Assembly (NCBI GenBank): GCA_043732185.1
Contig: JAYTHY010000114.1
Coordinates: forward strand, 1 to 56,582
DNA: 56,582 bases
Source: Fibrobacteria bacterium
GTDB lineage: Bacteria; Fibrobacterota; Fibrobacteria; UBA11236
Direction of reading: 5' to 3'
Shown here: positions 32,003 through 41,278 of the stretch, one piece after another
How positions within the stretch are numbered: position 1 is the first letter of the stretch
Layout of the letters: each line of letters opens with the position of its first letter
The notes under the pieces: model-generated
The model's input: the letters and a program-made list of their open reading frames with translations, nothing else
Told to the model about the DNA's origin: nothing
Databases searched by the model: none
Position numbers and translations under genes: made by a program

Positions 32003-33823
32003 TCAATTGGGCAAGTTATTTCTTAAGCTAAGCGAATCCCGCCCTGGGAAATCACTGGGTACCCTTGTTGTTACCTTGCCAGTGGCCGCCCATTCCACTC
32101 CCCGGGTAAAAGTGGTTTGGTAACCCACGCACCTATACGGATTGTTGGAATCTCCCGGGTAGATATGACCCATAGCGGTAGTGAAAACCCTGCCGCTCCC
32201 AAACGGTTTGGACCAAATTTCTGGCTCATGTTTACCGCTAATTGGCGATACGGAATATGCCAGTACAGTCAAACCGTCCGGAATTCCTTTCAATTGATAA
32301 ACCGGACTATCTAATGGTTGCGGCCATTCCAAGGGCAGACCTCGGGTAATTGGATGGCTGGAGTCGGCTACATGGAGGTGTTCTCCAATGACGCCAATAT
32401 TCGGATTTTCATAGGAAGACAGATTTAAACCTTCCGGATTAGGCACCAAAGCATTCATGGAATCGAGTTCATAGGAAGGCCCCATAGTGTCCACATTTCT
32501 CCAAATCAGTCCATGCATTTGATCAAAAGCCGGCCAACCATAGAACCCAGGGAAGGTAGCATGCGTGTTTACCAATCCCCCACCCCCGGAAACAAAATCC
32601 TCCAATGATTTTTTTATGGAATCCGGCCAAGGATTCGCTTTGCCATCGTCCGGATAGGCGGAATTGCATTCCAATACCACGGCATCGAAATCGGAAAAGT
32701 GCGGATGCCAAGCGGCCCAAGCCATTGGTGTGGATTTGTCGGGAGGAGTGGTGGAAACATCGACTTGGAACAGTCCTGATAGGTCCAAAATTGTTTTATT
32801 ATAGAGAGTCATCCTCACCCAATCATGATTGGCAATGCCATCCACGATCAAAACCTTGGGCTTGAATGCAACGGTCGGAAGTACGGATTCTTTTCCAGGC
32901 TCGACTTGGATACCTGGGATTTTAAGGGTATCCCGGTAAGGGTTTTCGCCCCAGGTCAAAACCATATGCAGTCCTGAAGACACATTCTTGAAAACCACAT
33001 GGCCATTAGAATCGGCGGCCAAGACATTCCCACCTTCCGCTAGTTTGGCTTTGAGTGAACCAGCTAGAGGACGTGGTGACCGAAGTTGTAAAGCAATCTG
33101 TCCTGGAGCCTCCGCAGCCGCTGGTCCCGGAGCAAGTGTGATTCCAGACAACGTTTTCCCTGCCGGCACCGTAAATGAAGTGTCAACGCCTTTGCGGATT
33201 GGATTAATCCCTTCAATGCGGAGCGTATAGTCACCGGCAGGCAGCGAATAAAAGGCAAAATCACCATTGCCACTCCCTAGGTAATACGATTGGTGCGTTC
33301 CAAGTAAGGCAATTGCAAGTGATCCAAAAGTTCCCTGCGGCAACAGAACTTTCCCACTGATGCCGCCAATGGGTCGCATGGCCAACATGCCCAAATCCAC
33401 ACTCTGGCTGGAATCACGCCGGAAATGAATCCGAACACCTTCCACTTCGTTAAGCAACGCTTCGCAAACAAAATTCCCAGTATCAGTGGCCCCGAGCAAG
33501 AAGCTGAATTCACCGGCAGGTCCTGTGAATTCTGTCCATTCCTTTCCCAAAGCGGGGCGGATGAGTTCTGTATCCTGTAGGTTACCCTGAAAATCGGCAT
33601 TACGAAGCTGAACTAGGCGCGCGGCTACCGGTTTACCTTCTCTATCCGTTAAGATACCCGCAACCTTTTGGGTGTTGCCTGCATCCGTTCCTGCCAAGGA
33701 ACCATTACTGCATCCAGCAAGGCCAGAGGCCATGCATAGAGCCAAAATTAGAATCAACGCCGATATTTTTATTCCAGTCCAAACAGCGGATAAGGGGCCG
33801 CGCATTGAAACGGGGAAATTCAT
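32003..33823 (-). CDS. Lipoprotein with carboxypeptide-regulatory-like beta-sandwich domains and C-terminal ThuA-like domain
   Basis: Lipobox LAGC + LAGTDAGN; LPAGDYTL; KVLIVDGIANHDW, GGGLVNTH, HPITRGLP, GRVFTTAMGH, RGVEWAATG; ATGA-coupled to upstream gene. Confidence 0.82.
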   Translation of the reverse strand: MNFPVSMRGPLSAVWTGIKISALILILALCMASGLAGCSNGSLAGTDAGNTQKVAGILTDREGKPVAARLVQLRNADFQGNLQDTELIRPALGKEWTEFTGPAGEFSFLLGATDTGNFVCEALLNEVEGVRIHFRRDSSQSVDLGMLAMRPIGGISGKVLLPQGTFGSLAIALLGTHQSYYLGSGNGDFAFYSLPAGDYTLRIEGINPIRKGVDTSFTVPAGKTLSGITLAPGPAAAEAPGQIALQLRSPRPLAGSLKAKLAEGGNVLAADSNGHVVFKNVSSGLHMVLTWGENPYRDTLKIPGIQVEPGKESVLPTVAFKPKVLIVDGIANHDWVRMTLYNKTILDLSGLFQVDVSTTPPDKSTPMAWAAWHPHFSDFDAVVLECNSAYPDDGKANPWPDSIKKSLEDFVSGGGGLVNTHATFPGFYGWPAFDQMHGLIWRNVDTMGPSYELDSMNALVPNPEGLNLSSYENPNIGVIGEHLHVADSSHPITRGLPLEWPQPLDSPVYQLKGIPDGLTVLAYSVSPISGKHEPEIWSKPFGSGRVFTTAMGHIYPGDSNNPYRCVGYQTTFTRGVEWAATGKVTTRVPSDFPGRDSLSLRNNLPN

Positions 33824-34692
33824 AACCCCTGCTTTCGGATGCTTTTAGTGGTGGGGAATAGATTCAGATTGAATTGAAAGACCCGGTCGTAGTTGCGATC
33901 TTCTTCCGAAATCTTAAGCACCTTGTCCCGAAATTGTTGCGCCGCCTGCTTCACCCGCTGCAAACCTTCGACTGATAAAGGAAGTGTGGTAACGGAAATG
34001 GATCTTTCCTCAGCTGGAATTTTGTCCAAGGCCTCGATGGCTTTTTTCAAGGCGGTTTGCTGGTACTTGAACACATCCACGGATTGGATTTCATCCCCAG
34101 TTTTTAGCGTCGTCCGCGACTGTTCAAACGTGCCGGCAGGAGTCTTGCGAATGAGCGACAGCTCTTCCAGTATTTGGAGGGCTTTTCGGATATCCTCCGC
34201 TTTCACTGTGCCGTCGAAGAATGCCGCCACCTCTTGATGATTTTCGCCAACAGGGAAAATCGCCAACAGGTCGAATACCATCGGATAAAGCCATTTGGAA
34301 AAGAGAGAATATTGACGTGGATCCAATTTCTTGTTCCGTCCCCGAATTTGTATGCGCAAACTATCCAAGGCATCGCCTTTGTCTTCGATGCTGCGCGCCT
34401 GCGTATACTCCACTAAGGATTGGAAGTACCGAGACTCGGCAGGATTGAGTTTGAAAATGTCCGCCAGTGCTACGATTTGGCGCGCGTTCAGGTTGCTCTT
34501 TCCCGATATCACATTCGCGATAAATCCAGTCGAGGACACCTCCATTTTTTCCAACAGGAGTCGATGGGTGAACTCGGGCTTATGCGCTTTTGCCCAAGCC
34601 AGTATATCCCTGATAAAATCTCTGGCGCTGAGATATTCAAAGACTTCAGGTTGGGAATTCTGACTTTCCATTTGCTTATTTAATATAAGCAT
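33820..34692 (-). CDS. TIGR02147 family protein (HTH + DUF4423)
   Basis: VFEYLSARDFI, SSTGFIANVISGKSNL, ESRYFQSLV.Y.QA, FSKW.YP, EERSIS..T, RVFQFNLNLFP. Confidence 0.88.
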   Translation of the reverse strand: MLILNKQMESQNSQPEVFEYLSARDFIRDILAWAKAHKPEFTHRLLLEKMEVSSTGFIANVISGKSNLNARQIVALADIFKLNPAESRYFQSLVEYTQARSIEDKGDALDSLRIQIRGRNKKLDPRQYSLFSKWLYPMVFDLLAIFPVGENHQEVAAFFDGTVKAEDIRKALQILEELSLIRKTPAGTFEQSRTTLKTGDEIQSVDVFKYQQTALKKAIEALDKIPAEERSISVTTLPLSVEGLQRVKQAAQQFRDKVLKISEEDRNYDRVFQFNLNLFPTTKSIRKQGL

Positions 34693-34967
34693 TTAGTTAG
34701 GTGATGCTGGCTATATTTCCATTTATAACGGTTTATTTTGAGTTTATGGACCCACTTTGCTTATTTTATATCATATTATGAACTTTTTTAATCCGTACAG
34801 TCTTATGGACTAGGGCTCGGAAACCGGAATCACCTCTCGATCAGTGCAATGGGAGTCATGCGATTGTTCGCGTTTACTTCGTCACGTGCTCAGCAATCCT
34901 TCGGTGGTACAAGGATTGAGATGATGGCAAATGAGTTCCGTCACTCGCTCGATGTTCTTTGGGGTCT

Positions 34968-36521
34968 TTAATACGCCGGTTTTTTACCGAGATCTTTCAA
35001 GATGCGATTGGCTGCGTTATGTCCAGCCGCGCCAATCACCGAACCTGCCGGATGACAACCTGCGCTGCACGAATAGAGTCCACTAATTGGGCTCGCATAC
35101 GGCATGCGCTGATCGAAACCGAAGGTATTGTCGATATGATGAATGTGGCCGTAACTGATGCCGAAATAGTCTTCTATTTTCTTTGGCGTGAGCGTAAACG
35201 TATCGACGACGCTCTTTTTAAATCCGGGGGCGAAGGATTCGGCAATATCGAGAAGATGGTCGACGTAGCGCGCTTCTTCTTTTTCCCAGGTGGTTCCCTG
35301 CAGTTCGTAAGGAACCCACTGAACGAAAAAGGCTGAGTTGTGTCGGCCTTTATCGTCCATCAGCGACGGGTCTGCTTGCGTATGGATATACCATTCGATG
35401 GTTGGAAAATCGGCCAATTTACCCTTTTGAACGTCTTCAAAGCCTTTACGGATGTGGTTCATGACGCCATTTTCAGGCGGTAAAAGATGGATGGTCGCAT
35501 TGTGCTGACCACGGTTTTCCGGAAGGCATTTAAATGTTGGCAGACGATCCAGCGCGAGATTGACCTTCATGGTGGTGCCGTGGCGCTTAAATCCATCGAG
35601 CTTGGAGTTGAACTCAGGGGTGAATTTTTCTTTCCCAACCATCTTTTGCATGCGATACGGATCAGCATTTGAGACCACTACTTTGGCATTGATTTCACGC
35701 CCATCTTTCAGGCGAACACCGGTCACCTGATTGTTCGATATGAGCACCTGCTCAACGCCAGCAGCGGTCTTAATCGTAACGCCAGCTTCGCGAGCGAGCC
35801 GAGCGAATTCATTCGCGATCGAGCCCATACCGCCGCCTGCGATCATAAAGGTGCCGTCAGAACCAGGGAGTCGGCACATGTTGTGTACCAGAAAGTTCAT
35901 TCCTGTGCCTGGCGTACCGAAACTTCCCGTGAGACCGGAGAAACCATCGGTGACCGCGTACATGGCAACTAAAAGCTCACTCTTAAAGCCGAAGCGATTG
36001 ATATAGTTCTCGGCTGGTTGCCGAACTAAATTGATGAAGACATCGCGAAGTTCAGCGCGAATGTACTGAGCGGCGGTGGCTTCTAGTGAGAGGGGTTCTT
36101 GCAGCCAACTGGGCGCAAGATCATCGCGGATCTTGCCGATTTCAGTGGTTAATGCTTCATTAGCCAGCCAATCTGCTTCAGAAAAAAAACGGATGAACTG
36201 AGACTTCATCGCCACTTTGTCTTCCCCGAAGAGCAGATAACGCCCGTCATGCGTGGGCAGAAAATAGTGCGGATTGCGTCGGATAAGCCTGACGTTTGCG
36301 CCCATGCGAGTCAGCACTTCAGGTGGCATAACCCCTAAAAGATAGGACCCAGTCGAGGTTCCAAGTTTAGGAGCATTCTTAAATGGAAATTCTGTTTTGG
36401 TTGCTCCGCCGAGCATCGCTTTTTCTTCAAGCAGAGTGACGGCCAAACCACCACGCGCGAGAAACGTTGCGGCGACTAAGCCATTATGGCCGCCCCCGAT
36501 AATAATGACGTCGGTGTTCAT
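34968..36521 (-). CDS. Phytoene dehydrogenase-like FAD oxidoreductase (COG1233/PYROXD2-like)
   Basis: IIGGGHNGLVAA, GGMG, SNADP, GHIHH, GLYSCSAGCHPAGSVIGAAGHNAA. Confidence 0.9.
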   Translation of the reverse strand: MNTDVIIIGGGHNGLVAATFLARGGLAVTLLEEKAMLGGATKTEFPFKNAPKLGTSTGSYLLGVMPPEVLTRMGANVRLIRRNPHYFLPTHDGRYLLFGEDKVAMKSQFIRFFSEADWLANEALTTEIGKIRDDLAPSWLQEPLSLEATAAQYIRAELRDVFINLVRQPAENYINRFGFKSELLVAMYAVTDGFSGLTGSFGTPGTGMNFLVHNMCRLPGSDGTFMIAGGGMGSIANEFARLAREAGVTIKTAAGVEQVLISNNQVTGVRLKDGREINAKVVVSNADPYRMQKMVGKEKFTPEFNSKLDGFKRHGTTMKVNLALDRLPTFKCLPENRGQHNATIHLLPPENGVMNHIRKGFEDVQKGKLADFPTIEWYIHTQADPSLMDDKGRHNSAFFVQWVPYELQGTTWEKEEARYVDHLLDIAESFAPGFKKSVVDTFTLTPKKIEDYFGISYGHIHHIDNTFGFDQRMPYASPISGLYSCSAGCHPAGSVIGAAGHNAANRILKDLGKKPAY

Positions 36522-36666
36522 GTGGACGTGTACTCGAAATATTGGACGGTTTATGCAGCCATTAGTTTCAAAAAATTGACTGGACTGCAGTAGTCAAGTT
36601 TTGAGCGCCTTCTGCTTAAATTATAAAAACTTTCAATCCGTATAAATAGTGAAGTGCCTAAAGGCT

Positions 36667-37890
36667 TCAAGAACGAGACACAGAATCTGGTTTGACGAGG
36701 TTTAATTGGATCCTCGCTAATGCCTCCGCAATAACATCGAATTCTTCCTGGCTGGCGCCTATGAAAATACGTTTGGTCTTGCCCGCGACGTCGTAGGCAA
36801 GTGCCAGGCTGCTCGCGCCCCAGAACGCACGATTCTGCCGATCTTTCGCGCTTTGATAAGCGCCAACGCCAGTATCCGTGATACGAAAATTGGTCACCAC
36901 TTGGCGCAGAAAACGGCGCGAATAGGAAAAGAGAATGAACCGCTTGCGGTAGCACATACTCACATCGTCCAACTCAAGCTCTTCCCAGCCATTAATAATG
37001 AACAACCAATGCGGAATCATCACAATGCTCACCAGGCTCCAAAACGCCAGAAAAATTCGCATCATCACTATGTGGAGCAGGTCCCTGGAACCCGTTACCG
37101 CACCGACGGTCGAGACCGAGTCATGAAGCACCAAGAATAAGATGAATTTCTCAAAGAAAGCCCAGACCACTAAAAACAAAGTCATGAACCAAGCCAGCCG
37201 TACATTCCTACCGGAGCGGGCAACTCGCAGGGTGCCATTGCGTACCTGAATGTCCGTCTTGGATGGAAGAGATAGTTTCGCATCCTCCAAGTTTGTTTCC
37301 GCGTGACGTTCCCGCGCCGTGGCATAGACCTGGACCAGGGCATCCACAAACGGCTTCCCAAATTGAGCCGGAATTACTCCTGTCAACATCACCGTCCGGC
37401 CTTGGTAGTCGCACAGGATGGAGCCATTCGTGACTTGCACGGCCTGCATCCGAAACGGCATCGGCAGCTTTTCCGGAATTGACCAGCGCAGGTTGCGGAT
37501 ATACATACCCAAGTATTCTCGGCGAATCCGGAACAGAACCATATCGCGAATCCATAAAAGGCGATCGGGACCGGCAATCAAGACCAATCGACCTTTCCAT
37601 TGGTAGAGCGCGTAATATGGTAGCCCGAGCAGGACCAGAGTCCATATCCAACCCGACACCTTCTGTCCGTGACTCAAGGTAGACTGTGCCCCTCTCCACT
37701 CAGACAATATGGGCTGAAGAAATCCATGAATCCAAGTGACCAGCAAGAAGGCCATGAACACGCTCAGAAAGGCCAAAGTCTTATTGTCTTTCCAAACAGG
37801 TACCGTTAGGATTTGGGAATCGCCCTCGCGATAGAGTGTCGGCCTGGGAAAACGGGAACTTGAAGCCATTGTAATAGTTTTGGGTTTCAT
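36667..37890 (-). CDS. Hypothetical membrane protein built from two similar halves
   Basis: Each half has 2 TM helices followed by W..G..L..LF...R.(Y/F)...(I/V).N(L/F)R..(C/A)(D/Y)..G(R/K)T. Confidence 0.65.
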   Translation of the reverse strand: MKPKTITMASSSRFPRPTLYREGDSQILTVPVWKDNKTLAFLSVFMAFLLVTWIHGFLQPILSEWRGAQSTLSHGQKVSGWIWTLVLLGLPYYALYQWKGRLVLIAGPDRLLWIRDMVLFRIRREYLGMYIRNLRWSIPEKLPMPFRMQAVQVTNGSILCDYQGRTVMLTGVIPAQFGKPFVDALVQVYATARERHAETNLEDAKLSLPSKTDIQVRNGTLRVARSGRNVRLAWFMTLFLVVWAFFEKFILFLVLHDSVSTVGAVTGSRDLLHIVMMRIFLAFWSLVSIVMIPHWLFIINGWEELELDDVSMCYRKRFILFSYSRRFLRQVVTNFRITDTGVGAYQSAKDRQNRAFWGASSLALAYDVAGKTKRIFIGASQEEFDVIAEALARIQLNLVKPDSVSRS

Positions 37891-38068
37891 CCTTATCTTA
37901 TCGCCCCAAAAAATAGTTTTAAATCAATTGCCCGAAAGGCGTGGATTTAGGCAAAGTCCCGAGCGGGTAGAAATTCCGAAGAATTGACGGTCGAGTAAAG
38001 GAGCGTGGTGTGTGTGCGAGCGAGGACGAGAATAAATTCTTTGCAACTTGGGTTACGATTAAACGCAA

Positions 38069-38986
38069 TCACTCCGGATTAAATTTTGTTATTTGTCGCA
38101 ATAATTCGAAGGACGCCTCCACTTCAACCTTGCGAATCGCAACGCTTTCGATATTGCATCCAATGGGTATATTTTTGCTCCCAGCATAGTCGCTGAGTTC
38201 AGCCCAGTTTCCGGCGCACACTTTTAAAGAGTGTTCTAGAATATCCTGGGAATGCATGAGTTCATTCTCTAACCAACGGGGGATGCTAATGCCGAGCCAT
38301 TTCATAAACTGTAATGTTTTAACAGACCCGCAAGGTGTTAGCGTGAAAATGATCGGAACCAAGGGCAAACCCTGCTCGCGCCCATAATAATGGTAATCGG
38401 ACAAAAAATTCTTTGCGGCTGTAATATCATAAACACCTTGTGAAACGAAAAAGGAGCAGCCATTTTTTATTTTTGTGAATACACGCAAATGCTCATCATT
38501 ATTTTTCAAATGCCTTTCGGGAATCATGACGCCACCCAGGGGAAGAGCTGCATTTTGATTTTGTTTGATTAAATAGGCTTCTTGAATGGATAGCCCCACT
38601 TTTTGATACTTAGATGCCGCACCTACAAATACTGTCAAAAATTCTCTCGGGTCGGCGGAGGATAAGAAAAGCGATAAGTCTTCCTTCGAGTATTTTCCTA
38701 TTGCCCGATAAATAATTTTAGGGAGAGACAGCGGTTTTAATTGGTTTTTGCAAAATGAAAACGCATCGATGGATTCGATAAAAGGGAAGGGCCTGTTCTC
38801 GGTCGTGCGCAAGACTTCATCTTGAATGTCATAGACGACAAGGCCATCCAAGACATCCATTGGTAGTCTTTCCATGATTTTCTTGGAAATCTCATCCAAT
38901 TTTTCTGGCACGGTCTCTTTTTTGGGTGGCACTATGCCATATAAAACAATTCCGGATTCACGATTTTTTATTTTTTCAAATAGCAT
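38069..38986 (-). CDS. Methylenetetrahydrofolate reductase-like flavoprotein (divergent MetF family)
   Basis: LYGIVPPK, YDIQDE..RPFPF, GGVMIPERH, GCSFFVSQGVY, PCGS.KTL.FMKWLGI. Confidence 0.8.
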   Translation of the reverse strand: MLFEKIKNRESGIVLYGIVPPKKETVPEKLDEISKKIMERLPMDVLDGLVVYDIQDEVLRTTENRPFPFIESIDAFSFCKNQLKPLSLPKIIYRAIGKYSKEDLSLFLSSADPREFLTVFVGAASKYQKVGLSIQEAYLIKQNQNAALPLGGVMIPERHLKNNDEHLRVFTKIKNGCSFFVSQGVYDITAAKNFLSDYHYYGREQGLPLVPIIFTLTPCGSVKTLQFMKWLGISIPRWLENELMHSQDILEHSLKVCAGNWAELSDYAGSKNIPIGCNIESVAIRKVEVEASFELLRQITKFNPE

Positions 38987-39070
38987 AAGAACAACCTCCG
39001 CTGACCAACCAGCAGTCTTGTTATATCACTTCACCCACATGGCGGCAGTTTAGAACTTTCCTTGTAAAAT
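38987..39070 (-). promoter_or_regulatory. Structured 5' leader with RBS-sequestering hairpin
   Basis: AACAA-GA-CTGCTGG-TTGG-TCAGCGG-AGG-TTGTT covers the GGAGG RBS of the metF-like gene. Confidence 0.4.
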
Positions 39071-39246
39071 TACTTTATAAGCACATTCTGCGATTATTTG
39101 CAGAAAATAAATATGCGTTTTTACAATTGTTGCACAACGTGCGCATGCCAAAAATAAAAATCTCATAACATAGGGTAAGATTTTTGGAACTTCCATTCAA
39201 TGCGTCGCCATTAATGGACTGTAATCCCCTCCGGGATAGCTAACGT

Positions 39247-40182
39247 TCAGCCTCTAGTCTGAGCAACAGTTAGCTTCACGCCTTCCGCATAAGTTGTCGT
39301 CTTAAAGTCGAAACGCTTTGAAAACTTTTCGGAATCGAAAAAATATTCCCGATCATATTGATACATCATTTCCGGCATTTCCCTGAGCATGGGAATAAAG
39401 ATGTCGAGTATTTTTAGCATCCACATGGGTAAAGTGGAAATCTCCGCTTTAGTCTGCATAGCTATAGAGAATAATGCCGAAATTTCGCGCCCAGTCAAAG
39501 TATCCTTATCCGTTGGCAAATGCCAAACTTGATTATAGGCGTCCTCGGTATTGCCCAATAGTGCGGTAGCCTTGGCTGCATCAGGGGTATATGTGAAGGA
39601 ATGTTTTTTATCGGCATCCATCATCCAATTCGCCTTCTTGCCTTTCTTTAAATTTTTATAAACGATCTCCGTCAACATACTCTTTTCATTATTCGGACCA
39701 TAAAAATCTGCGGATCGTGCAATCAAGGCTTTTAACTTTCCCGTTTTGGTGGCTTGTAAAAGCATCTCGGCGATTTCCTTGCGAACCATGCCTTTTTTGC
39801 TAGAAGGATTAATTTGAGATTCTTCGGTCATATGCCCCATGGTCTTATCGGCGTACATATACACATTATCGAAAAAAACCAATTTGGCTTTATGCAGTAT
39901 GCAGGCATCGATGGTGGCCTTCATAAGTTTAGGCCATTTCTCCTGCCAAACTTTTAGATTGTAATCGAACCCGACCATTAAATAAACCACAGTGGACCCG
40001 GCCACGGCTTTTTCAACTTGCGCAGGATCGGCTAGATCGGCTGGAAATATTTCATCCGTGGGATTAACCTTCTTGGGATTACGACTCACCAAGCGAATCT
40101 GATTGGTATAGGTTTTAAGTTCCAATGGCATTAGAGAGCCGATTGTTCCATTTGCGCCAAGTATGGTTTGCAGATTATTCAC
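39247..40182 (-). CDS. NAD-dependent epimerase/dehydratase family protein
   Basis: ILGANGTIG, FFDNVYMY, SKKG, ARSADFYGP, HSFTYTPDA, QVWHLP; GTG start. Confidence 0.9.
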   Translation of the reverse strand: MNNLQTILGANGTIGSLMPLELKTYTNQIRLVSRNPKKVNPTDEIFPADLADPAQVEKAVAGSTVVYLMVGFDYNLKVWQEKWPKLMKATIDACILHKAKLVFFDNVYMYADKTMGHMTEESQINPSSKKGMVRKEIAEMLLQATKTGKLKALIARSADFYGPNNEKSMLTEIVYKNLKKGKKANWMMDADKKHSFTYTPDAAKATALLGNTEDAYNQVWHLPTDKDTLTGREISALFSIAMQTKAEISTLPMWMLKILDIFIPMLREMPEMMYQYDREYFFDSEKFSKRFDFKTTTYAEGVKLTVAQTRG

Positions 40183-40405
40183 GTTTACCGTCCAAAGTGG
40201 GAGTGTGTGGGGGCACAGTATTTTTTAGTGATATGCGACTCGATTTTCGGACTGAGTGTTGTACCCGCCTTCAATATATTAAAATCAACAGTCTTGTGAA
40301 AAAAGGAAGAATTCGAATTTTTTTAACTAAGTAACCCGTATTCGCAGGTACGGGAAATTAATGAACAATAAACAGTGATACAATCAGAAATTTGCGGAGG
40401 GGCAT

Positions 40406-41250
40406 ATGGAATCAAGTCGACTTTTTTTGGTCAAGTGGCCCAGGTTTGTAGCAACAGTCGTAGCAATATCTGCGCAAATCCTTTTTTCCAAAACCGTCAT
40501 TTATCCTGCACCGAGCGACGCGCCGCAAAGCAGCCGCTATTCGGTAAGTGTAAACGGGCAACCTGTATTTGTATACAACGCGAAAATACCGGATCCGCTC
40601 AATGCCTCATTCGCCTCCTTTGATATGGACCAACCGGTTTCCGTTTCAATTACGGCAATAGGCGGATTGAACGCTGTAACACTCAGGCCCCGTAACATTA
40701 AATTCAACCCATCTACTTCCGGAAACACGTTTACCATCCAAGTGGCAAAACCCGGTAAAACGCCCTTACCACAGCAAGGTTCCCCGGGAGTTACGTACTT
40801 TGGACCAGGCATTCACAACATCGGCAAGCTGACGATTGGCAGTAATGAAACCGTGTACATCCCCGGAGGCGCAATTGTACGAGGTGGTATGTTACAAATC
40901 TCCACCAGCAGCACGGGAGCTTCAATACGTGGCAGAGGCATAATGGATAGAAGGTGTCACCATTGCCAATCAGCCGAGCATGATGGGACATGTGATTTTA
41001 GGTGGGTGTGACAAAGCATCAGTCGAGAATGTGAATCTTGTAAGCGGAGATAACTGGTCCAATGACGGCATCTACATGATAGGATGCTCGAACGCAACAG
41101 TTAACAACTGCTTTGTCAAAAATTTCGACGATGGCGTTACCATTAAATCGTATGGTAATTTTTCAGGTAACGTAACTAATATTACGGTGAGCAACAGTAT
41201 GTTCTGGACCCACTGGGCACATTCGATTGTAATTGGCGCCGCATTGCAAA
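40406..41250 (+). pseudogene. Secreted beta-helix glycoside hydrolase (GH28/GH49-like) remnant
   Basis: YFGPGIH, TVYIPGGAIVRG, IRGRGIMD; frame switch at about 40950 to IEGVTI..NDG..FDDG; truncated at the norD 3' end. Confidence 0.75.
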
Positions 41251-41278
41251 TGAATAGGCTTCCCTTAGGAAGCGCGTG

